Shown here: one piece after another, positions 35,301-47,675 of the stretch
How the letters are laid out: every line of letters starts with the position of its first letter
Position numbering within the stretch: the stretch's first letter is position 1
Assembly: GCA_040954595.2 (NCBI GenBank)
Contig: CM082596.2
Location: 3,775,025 to 3,839,024, forward strand
Source: Balanoglossus misakiensis
Taxonomy: Eukaryota; Animalia; Hemichordata
DNA length: 64,000 nucleotides
Reading direction: 5' to 3'
The notes under the pieces: model-generated
Database searches by the model: none
Seen by the model: the letters and a program-made list of their open reading frames with translations, nothing else
Told to the model about the DNA's origin: nothing
Made by a program: the position numbers and the translations under genes

Positions 35301-38300
35301 CACGTTTCAGTCGTATCCAGGGGCGTGCAGTGTCGCACACGAAGAGTATGGCTGCATCCTTGTACCTATTTTCTATCACACTACATTTACCAGATCACAG
35401 ATTACACGACTTTGGTACATTAAAGACTTAAAACTTCTCCCGCCCCCTCCTCTTCTCTCCTCCCTCCCCCTCTCGCAAATGCACGTCTATACAGCAAGTT
35501 TTCATTGCAATCTTTGTTTTTTTAACAAAATATCTGAAGATGGAAAAATGCTACTCGACTTTTACCATTTGAACAGGAGCTAAAGAGGTCAAATAACACT
35601 TTTTTTTGTTTACAGGCGCCCTATAAAACTCTCTATATTTCCGAAAGAACCACCTGCCGAGAAATCGTGAAGCTAACGGTACTGAAATACAAATGCCAAA
35701 AAGACGTCAGTGATTTTCAGCTTTGTGAATATTCGCCTGATAGTCAATGTGAGTATACGTCTACGCGCAGAGGATACTGTGATCTATAAATGGTTTATAC
35801 ACGTAGACAATTCGAAAAATCATGAGCTACTTTCAATCACGTTCGTCAGTTAGAGTTAGGCCTACAAATGTGTCAACTGAGGTGCCAGTGCAATCAATCA
35901 ATCAATCAATCAACCAGCCAACCAACCAGACGCTTTCCCCTATTTATATCGCATCAAGGGATGGTTAATTACGTTGCCATGGTAGCTTCCATAGTTACCT
36001 CCTCCGTAAATGCATCCTTCCACTACACTACCGGCTGTTCACATGCAGTCCTTGAGTTGAAACCGAACAAGTCCCGCGGCAGATCCTTTAAGAACCAACT
36101 AAACTCTTTCTACTCTTTGCAGTCGTTTCACTACCGTTGCGAGACGAACATCGTCCTCTGAAAACGCCAACACAGCAAACCATGGGATCGAAGATCTACC
36201 GACTCCGCAGGCGAGACTCCATGTCCAACGGCCTCGACAATGAGGTACTATGAATTCACTTCTGAACTGCTTTTAAAAGATGCTTATAATTTGGGATTTT
36301 TGAAGAAGAATCTTTTTCAGAAAATAGTGGTTTTGATCCTTGTTTTGAAATCATGACGTACTCTTGATATCTGCAGGCAAATTTCGACAAACAACAAGAC
36401 AAGTTGCACTTGGCAATGGTCAAGATGCAACACCAGCAGTGGATCCGTCGATGCGAGTCTGACCTGACAAACGGCGGGAAGGAGAAACGGAAGAAGGAGT
36501 TGGCGGGGAAACGAAACGCCGCGTCCGCCCAAGAACGACCCGCGTTGACCGAAACAGCCGCCGAAGCGCGCCGACCGCTTCGTCAACGAGAGGAAAAGGC
36601 TGGTGATAATAAAAGGTGTGTTGATTAATTTCAACTGCAAGGTATAGGACCCGAGTTATGAAATCCCAGACGTGTCCAGTTATTTGCTAGTTTTGAAAAC
36701 GACTCTTTTCAAAGTTGATCTTTCAAATTTAAGCAAGAATATTCAATGGTGACGGTGCCTTGAGGGACGACTTGACTTGTCCACACTTTTTTACAGTTAT
36801 GACTTGAAAAATTAAGTGATGCCGATACATTCACTGTGAAAATGCAAAACGACGAAACTATTAAAGCCATGTTTTCTTGTGTTTATCCTATTGTCAGGGT
36901 TCCGTTACCAGGGAAACCACCGTTTGTCTTCGGTCCGAAATCGACAAACCGAAATCGTAACAGCGATATGTTGCCAGCGTCGAGAGGTGCCAGTGCGCGT
37001 GGAAAGATCGATCCCCATACCTCAGACGGATGCATGGCGTTCGAACACACAGACCAAATGAAGATGGTCTACGATGATATCAGACAGGACATGACGCTGA
37101 ACGACATCGTCAAAGCGAAACTTTTACAGCTCTACAACATTGACACCGAAGGTTTCGGTTGTGATAAGTTTCAGAGCATGCGTCGGTCCTCATCGGGGCA
37201 AAACCCTCAAACAGACCCTCAAATCACCATGAAGACCGCGATTCCAGAAAGCACGGACGAAACGACTGGGTCAACTGCCACAGAGAAACGCCCGTCTTGG
37301 ACACTGCCTCCTAATACACAAGCCCCGAAGGACAACACACCAAAACTGCCGGTCAAACTTCGCCGCCAGGCGGCAGTTCACTCTCGACCAACGACCACCA
37401 ACATGCCGAACTTTGCGCACCAGCCAGAACTAGGGATGGCACAAAGAGACTTCTTAGAAACTCTGCATGGCTACACAATCTTAAACGCTGTTGTCATCAA
37501 ACGTAACAATTTCAGACATTACAGATCGTGGGGAATCAACCTGACTGAGTCGTCGGTGATGGCGTCACGCCGTCTGACCAGGAGTGTGTCGTCCTGTTCG
37601 TCTGGGTCATCTGCTGGGTCAGAGTCAGACGTCGACAGCGCAGACTCATTCGGTTTCGCATGTGTTGCTGGATTGGGAAGAAATCTGAGTAGCCAACAGA
37701 GTGACCTACAAATTGGTGACCTCGTCATACAGGTAAGTTTAGTCAGTCAGTCTCTCTCTCCTCTGCCTATCTGTCTGTCTGTATGTCTGTATGTATAATG
37801 TATGGATGGATATGGTGAACTGGAATGCTCATCTCTGAACTAGCGCCCTCAGCCGATGTACATTCGTACGGTGCGTGGACTTGCCCAACCTCGGCGGACC
37901 AAAGGCAAACCTATCCAGCTTTGTCAGGACTTTACACCTTTGTTATAATCAGCCCTTTACTGCATTACGCCATGTTGACAGCCATTCTGTTTTTTTCTGT
38001 TACACCCATCAGGTGAACGACCGATCGGTAGCCAACCTCCGCCCCACAGAAGTCGAAAAGATCATCGATGCTCACCGGGACTCGGTTGATCTGAAATTGT
38101 TAGTGGCACGAAAAATATCTTCTGCACAAGATGTCGGGGTAAGGCCGCATTCATGTTTTCGTCGTAAAAGCAATATTTGAGTTTGATTTTGACAGTACTG
38201 TCCTCCAGTAAAACAAAACCCGAACAAGAACACATTGCCTTATGGCATTGAAATGACTGTACAATTTTGTAACCAGAGTCTCTGGTTTGCCACATGCGCA

Positions 38301-38603
38301 TAAAACGATCGTCACCCTTTAAACAATGTGAAAACCTTCACAGCTTCACAACCGTTGTGTATAACTTTCTAATATCTGAATCCTCGTCTGTGCTTTTCTC
38401 GACAGAACCGTCCACGCCCAGTGCATGATCACCTGAGCGGTGGTGACATGACAGAGAAACTGCAAGAAACACGATGCCAGTTATTCAAAGCAGTCAAAGA
38501 ACTGAACGAAAAGGACAAGAAGATCGACGTCTTGCAAAAGGAGCTCCGTCGACAGAGTTGCTTTGCGCCAATATTTACCTCCGACTATTCATATGAAGAC
38601 TAA
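31616..38603 (+). CDS. Tandem Ras-association (RA) domain protein with a PDZ-like domain and C-terminal coiled coil
   Basis: Phase-consistent exons 31616-31726, 33918-33997, 34143-34240, 34545-34629, 35043-35106, 35616-35748, 36123-36244, 36377-~36614, ~36898-37732, 38013-38138 and 38406-38603. RA1 is [38 protein letters not shown]...DPNLYYI. RA2 is [37 protein letters not shown]...DFQLCE. The PDZ-like segment is SWGINL...[15 protein letters not shown]...VEKII...LKLLVAR. Confidence 0.82.
32325..32361. repeat. (CT)n microsatellite
   Basis: Run of ct dinucleotides after a poly-C tract. Confidence 0.95.
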
Positions 38604-41219
38604 ACTTGACCTTGTATGGAACTGCAAAAATGCAGTGGAGCTGATAATCAACCAACTATTTTCAAAAATCCACTCTCGCGAATACAAGAAATGTACTTCG
38701 TCTGTTCACAAATTGTGTTAGGGGTACACCATGCATTACAGTCATGTGAACTATAACCGTACGATAAATGTATTTGATTCTCAGAGTTTAATTTTATAAG
38801 TCATGTGTGGTCCTGCTATATTCATTTATGTCATCGTCTAGCTGTGTGGTAGACCTAACTCTGTTTTACATGGGAATTTGTTCTGTAAGTCAGCCATGAA
38901 CAATCAAGGTTTTTTTTTTTAAATGTTTTTTTTTGTGTAATACCTGTCGATTGCCGATTACGATAGTCGTCCACCGGTTGGGTTGTCTGCTTGATACAAT
39001 CAACACAGTGCTGAGAGCTGTGATAACCTGATAATCGATCTCACTCCGATATTCATCACAGAAAACGTGTTTTCAATCAAATCTATACGTTCCATGTTTA
39101 ACCGTTTACACTTCGAATACAATGCGACCGTTCTGGATAATCTATTAGTACACTGCCACCTGTTGGATGTCCAGCCACCTTATAGATCACGTGACATCCG
39201 TTTGGTACAAAGGGGGAGTTTGAGTGACACAGCCAACAAGTACTGATGTTATAATTATTATGTTGAATGATTGTTTCCTTTCTGAAGGGCACCGTGGCAT
39301 ATTAATGTAAAGTTTACGTGCAATATTTTGATATACAATAAACGATCATGCAAACGAAATAGTCTATAGGCTGTCTCTGTATTACCGTGTGCGCAGTTCC
39401 CGCCACTGAAACAGCGGTTAATTCTCCAATGTGCAGGTATACGCATAAACGCAGACACACTGATTGATTTATCGATCGATCAATCAATCAATCGATAGAT
39501 CCAATGGTATGCATCGGCGCCTGTGATTACATTGTTGAACACAAGATCTTTCCCGCCCGCCTAAGTTTTTCATGCATGCTAATAAAGTTACAATTCAGGC
39601 AGATCTTTTTCTCGCTTGTCTTAGATCTCGCAGCCGCGACAGTGAGCAACTGGCTGTGACCGGGACTTTATCACAAATTCCCGGTTACGAGGTCAGACGG
39701 ACAAGCGAGACTAGTAATGATGCTAGGGCGAACATCTTAATTAGAACTTGCTGTAAATAGTATTTTGGAAATCGTACGGTACCTTATCAGGAGAATCCCC
39801 GACGTCATCTCCAGGGGTTAGTCGCTCGTCCAGGCCATGTAGTCTAATGGCGCCATTAGCAAAGGCTGCACTGTCTTCAAGTAGCCCACAGTCCTGTGCA
39901 GTTCGCGTGATATTTTATCCCAGCATGGTCACACAGTGGGCTAGGCAGTGGAGTAGGCTTCTACGTAAGCTTCCGAGGCGACCCAGGCACAATTTTACCG
40001 TTAACAGAGTAACTTTCTACGCGCAAATTCATATTCGTTCCCGCCACTATTTCGTATTCTCCAGTGTCGTTTCGTGTGCAAACAATAACGCACCAGAAAT
40101 CATACACATGTCACGTTTACACGTGTGTATGTTTAAAATGGTGATCAGCTTTTGCCGCTGGAATCTGATTGGTTCGCATGCAGCCAATCCTGTAGCTGCA
40201 ATAACTGAAGCCTGGGAGTAGACTACAATTACTGCACATACAAATCCCGGCCGCGTAGACTAGGTTTATGAAACAACTGAATTCAAAATAATTCATATCA
40301 AATATGTACAACATCTTCGAACTTTTCTGTTGGTTTGCGTTAGCTTTTTATTTTACTGTCCACATTCAATCTTAAGTTCAAGCCAATTCACTCATCAAAT
40401 CATCTTTCTCACCACCTAACAAATCTATAATTTTCGTGGTGTGTGACGGTCTCGTCAAATTATTTTGACTGGTCGGTTCTTTTGTCAATTCGATTCGCAC
40501 TTCAACAGAACTCCCTCATTCTTTCCGATATCCGCCCTCCTTTGTGCGATGTTATGCTGGTTCTGCACAAACGCATACACGAAGTTTCGCCCAATTCATT
40601 TTGCTCAAAATAACCATTCGAATACAGTCACCAAACGAGGGCGTCGCGTGTGGGCGATCCACAAAGATCCGTCCTCATCCCCGGCTCCATCAATATGACC
40701 CCATAGCGATACTATTCAGTCCTACAGCAAAGGCACCCAGTGCGACAGACAATAAAAAAGGTCTATGAACTTAAAAATATTTAATCTATCATTTAAATAA
40801 ATTCATTGACAAACTGTCAATGAATATGTCATTGTATAAAATGATTGATACTGAAAACGGCAACATCACCCTCTCCCGTTTACTAAATATAAATCGGGTC
40901 CAGACAAACTCTTCGCCAGTTTTGCCTATTATCGTACGTGCAGGCACAAAACATCTTAAAATAACATAATATCTTATTTGAATTACATAAATACCGTATA
41001 TTTGATTGTATATTAAATCCATGAAATAGTTAATGCACTTAACATATTGATTTCTATTTCAACTTTGCGGATAAATATATATAATTACATATATATAATT
41101 ACTACGCCAGAAATTTGTTAACACCTGACCTGCCTACCAGAACGTGTAGTCGCTGGTTCATATCTACACATCATAACGACACAGAAAAGTCCAACCACGG
41201 GAGGATAGTCTTTCCATCG

Positions 41220-43192
41220 TTATTTCTTTGCCACGGCGATCAGATTTGTGGTGACCCATTTAAAGCTGCCGTTGACCATCTTTGTAGCTTTCTCGAACGC
41301 GTACTGAAAAGCTTCCTCGAAAAATTCTTCGCGCATCTCCTGGGGGAGGTGATGAATGTGCGGCACAAAATTGCGGTATCCTTCTGGAAATTAAAAACAT
41401 ATGCGCGTAATTTACATGAGTGTAGAATGGAATACACGGGTTTACTTGAAAGAACGGCGATTTGTTGAAAGATGGATGCCCAATAAAGTATTAGTAAATC
41501 AATGAAATGCGAGATCAATGTATAAGTTTTATATAAATTCGGTGCTTCCGCGTCGTTTACTTTGGAATCTGACGTCATAAGTGCTTGACAATAGTTTCCA
41601 AGCTCTGAACATATACCTTTTGATGTTTCGAAGTCGTCGACATCGAAAACCTCATCTAAATACTCGGTTTGACACGTGACATCTTTGAAGCCGATGTTGG
41701 TGAGAATGTTCACCAGATCATCCTCCCCGCCTTCCAAGAAGTAAACTGGAAACTTATAGTCCTGCAAATTAATAAAATTCACAGACGATGAGCTCAAGTT
41801 ATACGTGCGTTTTTACAGAATTCGCAAGAATAAATTAACCACTGTCCAGTTTGGGAATAATGGTACAAGCAGGTAAAATGGGTAACTATGGTAACCATAC
41901 CGCCAAGAGTGGCCGCCATCTTGAACATCTCACAAAATCTTCGATTATCAAGAGGAACACGGGATGTTTGTTTGGGTGTATGTTGATGTAACACTCTCCT
42001 CCAGGTTTAAGGCACTGGTAGATGGCAGGTAGAGTTACTGTACGCCAGTTCTTTATCCAGTGAAGAACGTGGTATGCCATCACTTTGTCGAAATAATTCT
42101 TCCATTCTGGTCTGAAAGTCTCCGGGTCATTGGCATCGCCCACGTAGTACTTGATCCTTCCATTTGGGGCGTTACTTCGGGCGAATTTGATCATAACTTC
42201 ACTGATGTCGAGCGCTGTGTTGAAAGAAAGATGTTCATACTTAGAGTTTAATAAAAGATTGCATAATGTCAGAATGAGTGTTGATTTCATCTCCTTAAGA
42301 AATATTACGTCTGCTATCTTCTGAAATTACCAGCCTACAAGTGTCTGTACGGTGTAATATTATCAGCAATTTTCCAATTGTGAACTATTTTCTCACAGTT
42401 TATTTCAACATCCAAACGATTACGCATTCCGTGGGGCCAAAGGCTTCCAAGTCGTGTCCAGATATAAGAACAAGTGTTCTATATAATCAAGGACGTCATA
42501 TATTGTGCGCTTGTCACTAATTTCAATCTTAGCAGGTGGTGTTATTTGGAATGATGCATTTTGTAAAGATGGCAGAAAGAGAAAAGGGGTTTCACCTCTG
42601 CTCTATACAGTGAATCAATGGCAACAGCACTGACACCCGATGTGCTATTTTTTAAAAACTTGTAATAGTACATCTGTGCCCAAGTAAAGCCTTTGTCACT
42701 TTCCGAATACGAGGTTGCACGAGACGAAGATCCCAAGGCCAGGGTTAAACCCCACTGCGTTGGTCACAAAGAGCTTTTTACAAAGTATGTCATGAAAATG
42801 ACAACGACGTGCGCAGGTAGGACTGGAGGGATTCTGACATTACAGCTCTAAATCCTATTCAGCCTTTCTGCGATATCGCCATTATCAAATGGACAAAGTA
42901 GGTAAAGAGGGCATAGGCAATACATGTTCTGTAACACAAGAAGGCCAAAAACCATCAGTATGAGAAAGTGTCAAAACGACAAACGAGATTTGTTTTCACA
43001 AAACCCACCTGTCGTAGAGCTTACGTTGCCGTATCTCGTCACCAACTGAGTCAGGGTTCCCGGCCCACATCCTATGTCCAACAGTTTATCACCGGACTTG
43101 AAAGAAAGTCGTTTCATGATACTTCGGGCCGACTTTTCCACGATCACGTTCGTGAACAGATCATACGAAGCCACGGACTCTTCGATATTCAT
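41220..43192 (-). CDS. Class I SAM-dependent methyltransferase, juvenile hormone acid O-methyltransferase (JHAMT)/Tam-like
   Basis: Exons 43192-43009, 42214-41901, 41761-41617 and 41383-41220. Motif I is LLDIGCGPG; also LDISEVMIKFAR, FDKVMAYHVLHWI and YQCLKPGGE. The protein ends LIAVAKK*. Confidence 0.85.
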
Positions 43193-44462
43193 GTCGGACA
43201 ATTTGCAATCACGAAAAGTGAAGTCGGGGTTCAGTCACTTGCGGAAACGAGAGCAGCGGAGTGTCTGGTTGGATTTGTAAGATCAAAATGTTGTTTTTGC
43301 GACGTGTTGGGGATAGTCATTCAGAATCTCTGCGGGACATCAGACAGCTTGCGCGCGTTATAAAGCTTGCGTACGTGCGACAAGGTCGTTTCGTTACCTG
43401 TGGGGTGCGGAAAAGAATATCACACACCATTCCGGCGACAATTTTTTTAATTGTAATACTTTAAATTTGATAATAGCTCCCGGAAGCTATTTCCTGCGTA
43501 TTTATTCAATTTGTGATGATTTCCTGTCGCGATAGCTTTTCTTTCTCAGGAACAGGAAAACGGTAAGTCTGATTTGACAAATTCTAGTGGAACTTCCTCG
43601 AAAAATCTTCACGTGTCCCAGAGGTTTCGCCGTCAATCGTTTGGATTTGAATATTAACCACACCTGGGCTTCGTTTCACCTGGTGGAGGTCATGTCCGCA
43701 CAGTGGTATCGCTAATGTGAAGGGACTGGCCAATTTCTCCGACATGGGGGTTCGGTCAAATGGCCTTGGTACACGTCAAAAAGTCCCTGACTTACCCTCC
43801 CCCCCCCCCATCCCCGGAAAATAAAGAGTGGCATCTATGACAAATTACGGAAACAGGGCGACGCCCTCCCTTCAGTGTTATACCCAAAGCAATCAGAAAC
43901 TGACGGGATGGTGACCTTGCAAACTCTCAAGGACGGTTTGTAAGTCACCATAGAATCTAAAGCGTAAACGGTTTGAAAGATGAAAAATCGCTCTTTTGTT
44001 GCCATTCTGTATCTTTCACTGTTTCCCACCGCCACCAACCAAGTATAATCTTTCAGGCTCCTCAATCAAAGGGAAAGCGTACAATCAACGGGGCACAAAA
44101 ACGGGACAAAAAACAGGGCAGCCAGCTGTGAGGGTCGCTGAAAGAGGCAACAGACTCTGGCTGAAGTATACATTTTTACTTAGCCGCCTGTCAACCTGGA
44201 CCAACTGTCAGTCCAATTGGCCTGTGCCGAGACCAGTAGTTGTTTGGATGTACTTCACCCAATGTTCACTGCGACAGGTGTCTGAAGATGTCAAATGGCT
44301 CAGCTGTGGTTTACTATAGTATACTAAAGCTGATCAATATCTACAGACACCTGTGCTCACTGGCGACCTGGTCCCAGAAGACTCACACTGACACATCTGG
44401 ACCATCATACTTTTATTAGTCACAATTTTTTTGTTATCACTGTCTCAGGATACTTATCACTA

Positions 44463-45445
44463 TTATTGTTCACGGCACTTCGATTTATTATTCAGGGAAA
44501 CGAATTCCGAATCCTGTAGAAGTTCTTGTATCTGCGAATTGAAGCTCCAGATGCGGTCTCTGTGTTGAAAAAAAAAACGAATTCAGATTCAGATTCACTA
44601 CGCCTATGCTCAAGATATTCAAAAGCACATTTTGAATCACTTTTATCTTCATACAACTTGCATCGGTGTTGTGTATTTGCTTTGGGATTTGTTTGGTAAT
44701 TTCTCGTTCAACTTACTCGCGGCTGTTGCTATGGGTACTGTGCACTGCTCTCCAGTAATACCCGTCAGGCATTTGGTAATCCAGGTCGCCATCGTACTCA
44801 TTTACATACGGGGTTTGCAGGCACGTTGTCATGGCGAGGCCGCCATTGAGCTCACAGCAGAGGTACTGCCATTGGCGGTCGTCATGCGAGTTGCTGAATA
44901 CACTGTGTACGCCGACGATTACAGCGTTGGAGAAGCATTGAAAGTTCAGGATAGCATCGTAGTTGTTGGCATAACCACTCCACACACACTGTCTCAGTTT
45001 AAAAAGAGGAAAATAAAGCGTTGAGCATCTTCTTACCTGTCACCAAGTAACCGGTCGCTTAGCGCCGCAGCGCCCGCACACGACTGCGTCTTGCAGACTA
45101 TTGTTTTTCTGCAAAAATGTCAACGCAATCACCCCTTTTTCATTCTGATCTCCCACAAAAGCTCTAATGTTCTCACATGACAAAATATAAAGGAATCGCC
45201 ACCAACGAACACGATCGTACCTGTGTATGGTTTGAGGGTGCTGGTATACACTCGAATCCCCAGAGACGATCTTCTTTGCTGTCCCAGTGTACACTTGCAA
45301 CACGATTGATGACTTCATTCGGTTGACAGGTGAAATAGAAAGATTCCTGCCAATCATTCACCCATGTCAGATCTTTCACTGACGTCAAACCTTCCAAAGA
45401 CCCGACCAAAGCCCATGATAGGAAGACAACCACTGTAAACTTCAT
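44463..45445 (-). CDS. Secreted dermatopontin / hemagglutinin-amebocyte aggregation factor-like protein
   Basis: Exons 45445-45221, 44988-44717 and 44559-44463. Signal peptide MKFTVVVFLSWALVG, then three repeats of WVNDW/YANNYD/YVNEYD...S.H....DR.W.F/Y. A non-coding exon donor lies at about 45690. Confidence 0.9.
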
Positions 45446-47675
45446 GACTTGAATGTTCTGTGAAGTTGAAAGATAGAATTGGTAATTGTAACTACCTCAA
45501 TGCGAAATGAAAGACTACAAAGCCAGCTGCATCGTTTTGCTTTGACAACAGAAAGTTACTGTTTCTGGGATTCTTTTGTTTACCAACCAATCTTCCCAAC
45601 TTAATATGACAAATGAACAAAGCAGACACATTTCAACACAGAGCTAACTGAACATTGCATTTGAAGATGAAGAAAATTTATCACACTTACCAGTGTTTTA
45701 GTATTGATGTCTACTGTGGCTCAGCTCAACCTAGAGTGAACATACAGAGATGTGAGAAAAAAAATATTAAGATACAGATGTCAGAAAGATAGCAAGGAGT
45801 CTTTATCTGATGGAGAAACTGATGAAGTTCGGTTAATAAGCTTAGATGAGATGTGAAGAAAAGATAGTGACCATGTTTGTGAGTCAAAGATAAAAATTAA
45901 ACCAGCAAATAAGAATAAATGCAAAACGAAACATTTATTTTCTGTTTGGTGATTACATATAGAATGGTAAACACAAGAAAATCTGCCCTATAACATATAT
46001 GATACACAACAGACGAACGCTGTCATGTCATGTGCATATTTTTTCTGTCAAGAAACCCAAGGATAAAACATGTCCGTCTTTGGAATGATACAATGAACTG
46101 TGAAATATTTACAGAAGACTTTGAAAATGTATGATAATGGTATCAGTGTTCAGCTGTGCTTTTAATCAGACATACATGTTACCTTGTCTGGTGAAGCTCT
46201 CTGTATAGTGCAAGTTTCAACACTACTAAAAAGTTTTTTTTAATCAATACTTAGAAAAACATGTATCAATCAGTACAGCACACAGTTGGAGTCAGTTCTA
46301 CTCAAGTTTTTTGGAACTTCATCTGTCATACTGGAATCTGTGAATGCACACAGTTTTTAGGTAGGGGACTATCCCAAGGCAGGGGATGGTTATCGCATTT
46401 GGAGTAGTTCCTCATCAAAGTTTGCTTCTGTACAAGACTGTCTATGATTTAGGTGTTCGAATACGAGCTCATAAAGAAATGTGGTTGTGTGGCACAAGTT
46501 GACAATCTCTTTTTCTCAAGGTACTGCAAGACGATTTAACAATCACGATTGTAAACTTGCCTAGTATATCAAGTCTCCCTTAACCCTTTCACAACCAGTT
46601 CCCTTTTAAGAGGTCCAACAACTTTACGCCTGATTGGTTATCAACATCGCCCTCTGTGATCCTTATCCAAAACAGTGCCCTCTATGGGCAGAAACCTGTC
46701 TGTCTTTAAAATGAAAAATAGCCGACTATTTACAAATGTCTTTCTTAAAACACTCCTCCCAAAAAATTTGCAGCAAAGTTAACAAAAATAGGAACACAAC
46801 ACAAGCTTCGACTTGGTGACAAATCACTTCTTCCAACACTGAAACAGAAATAATCTCGACTCAAGTGCCTTCCTAGATCTCTAAATTTGCAAAATATTCA
46901 TGCAAGTGTTACTATAGTAACACCTCATACACCAGATAAACAATTAAGTAAAACTGTATATAATCCACAAAATAAACTTCCAACATTTACACTTGATATA
47001 TTTTAAAAAAATTTCATGTAAATCTGTCTGATTTATTGTCAGTTTTTAGCAAGTATCAAAAAAACTGAACATAAACTCTTATACTACATAATTTGAAACA
47101 GAACAATTAGATCCACACTTTATGAAATGACATTATGACAATTGAGAAGATACAAAATAATTTAAGTACATGAAAAAGTACAGCTTAGAGCTCTATCAAG
47201 TTGACTGGCATAAACAAACACTTTGTGGCACTGCATTTTTTAGATTGCACAGTTGGATGTCTTTGCTTATGGCATTTAGAGGGGTACAGTGATTCATTAA
47301 ATCATTGAGAGGTCTAAGCACTGTCTGAGAATTTTCTGCCCTTTCTGAGTGGCCAACGTTAATTTTCGATTCTACAAATGTTCAGTTTGTACACTCCAAT
47401 TTCAAAGTAATCTGTTCCGACAGAATTCCGATTAACAAAGAAAACAAAACACACTAACAATGCTGACAACATTGGACGGCTGTTCCACACTGTCAAATAA
47501 AATCCGTAACAATACTATTTAGGTATTTGGTTACCAGGGGTAAGTACTTCTATGGAGGGTAAACTCAAACTCTGGGATGGGAAGCTGTAAAAGAATATAT
47601 CTGACGCGAGTTTTCATTGGTGCTGCAAATATTGCACAGCGGTCGTTTCTCTCATTCAGGCAGTTTCCATGGTGA

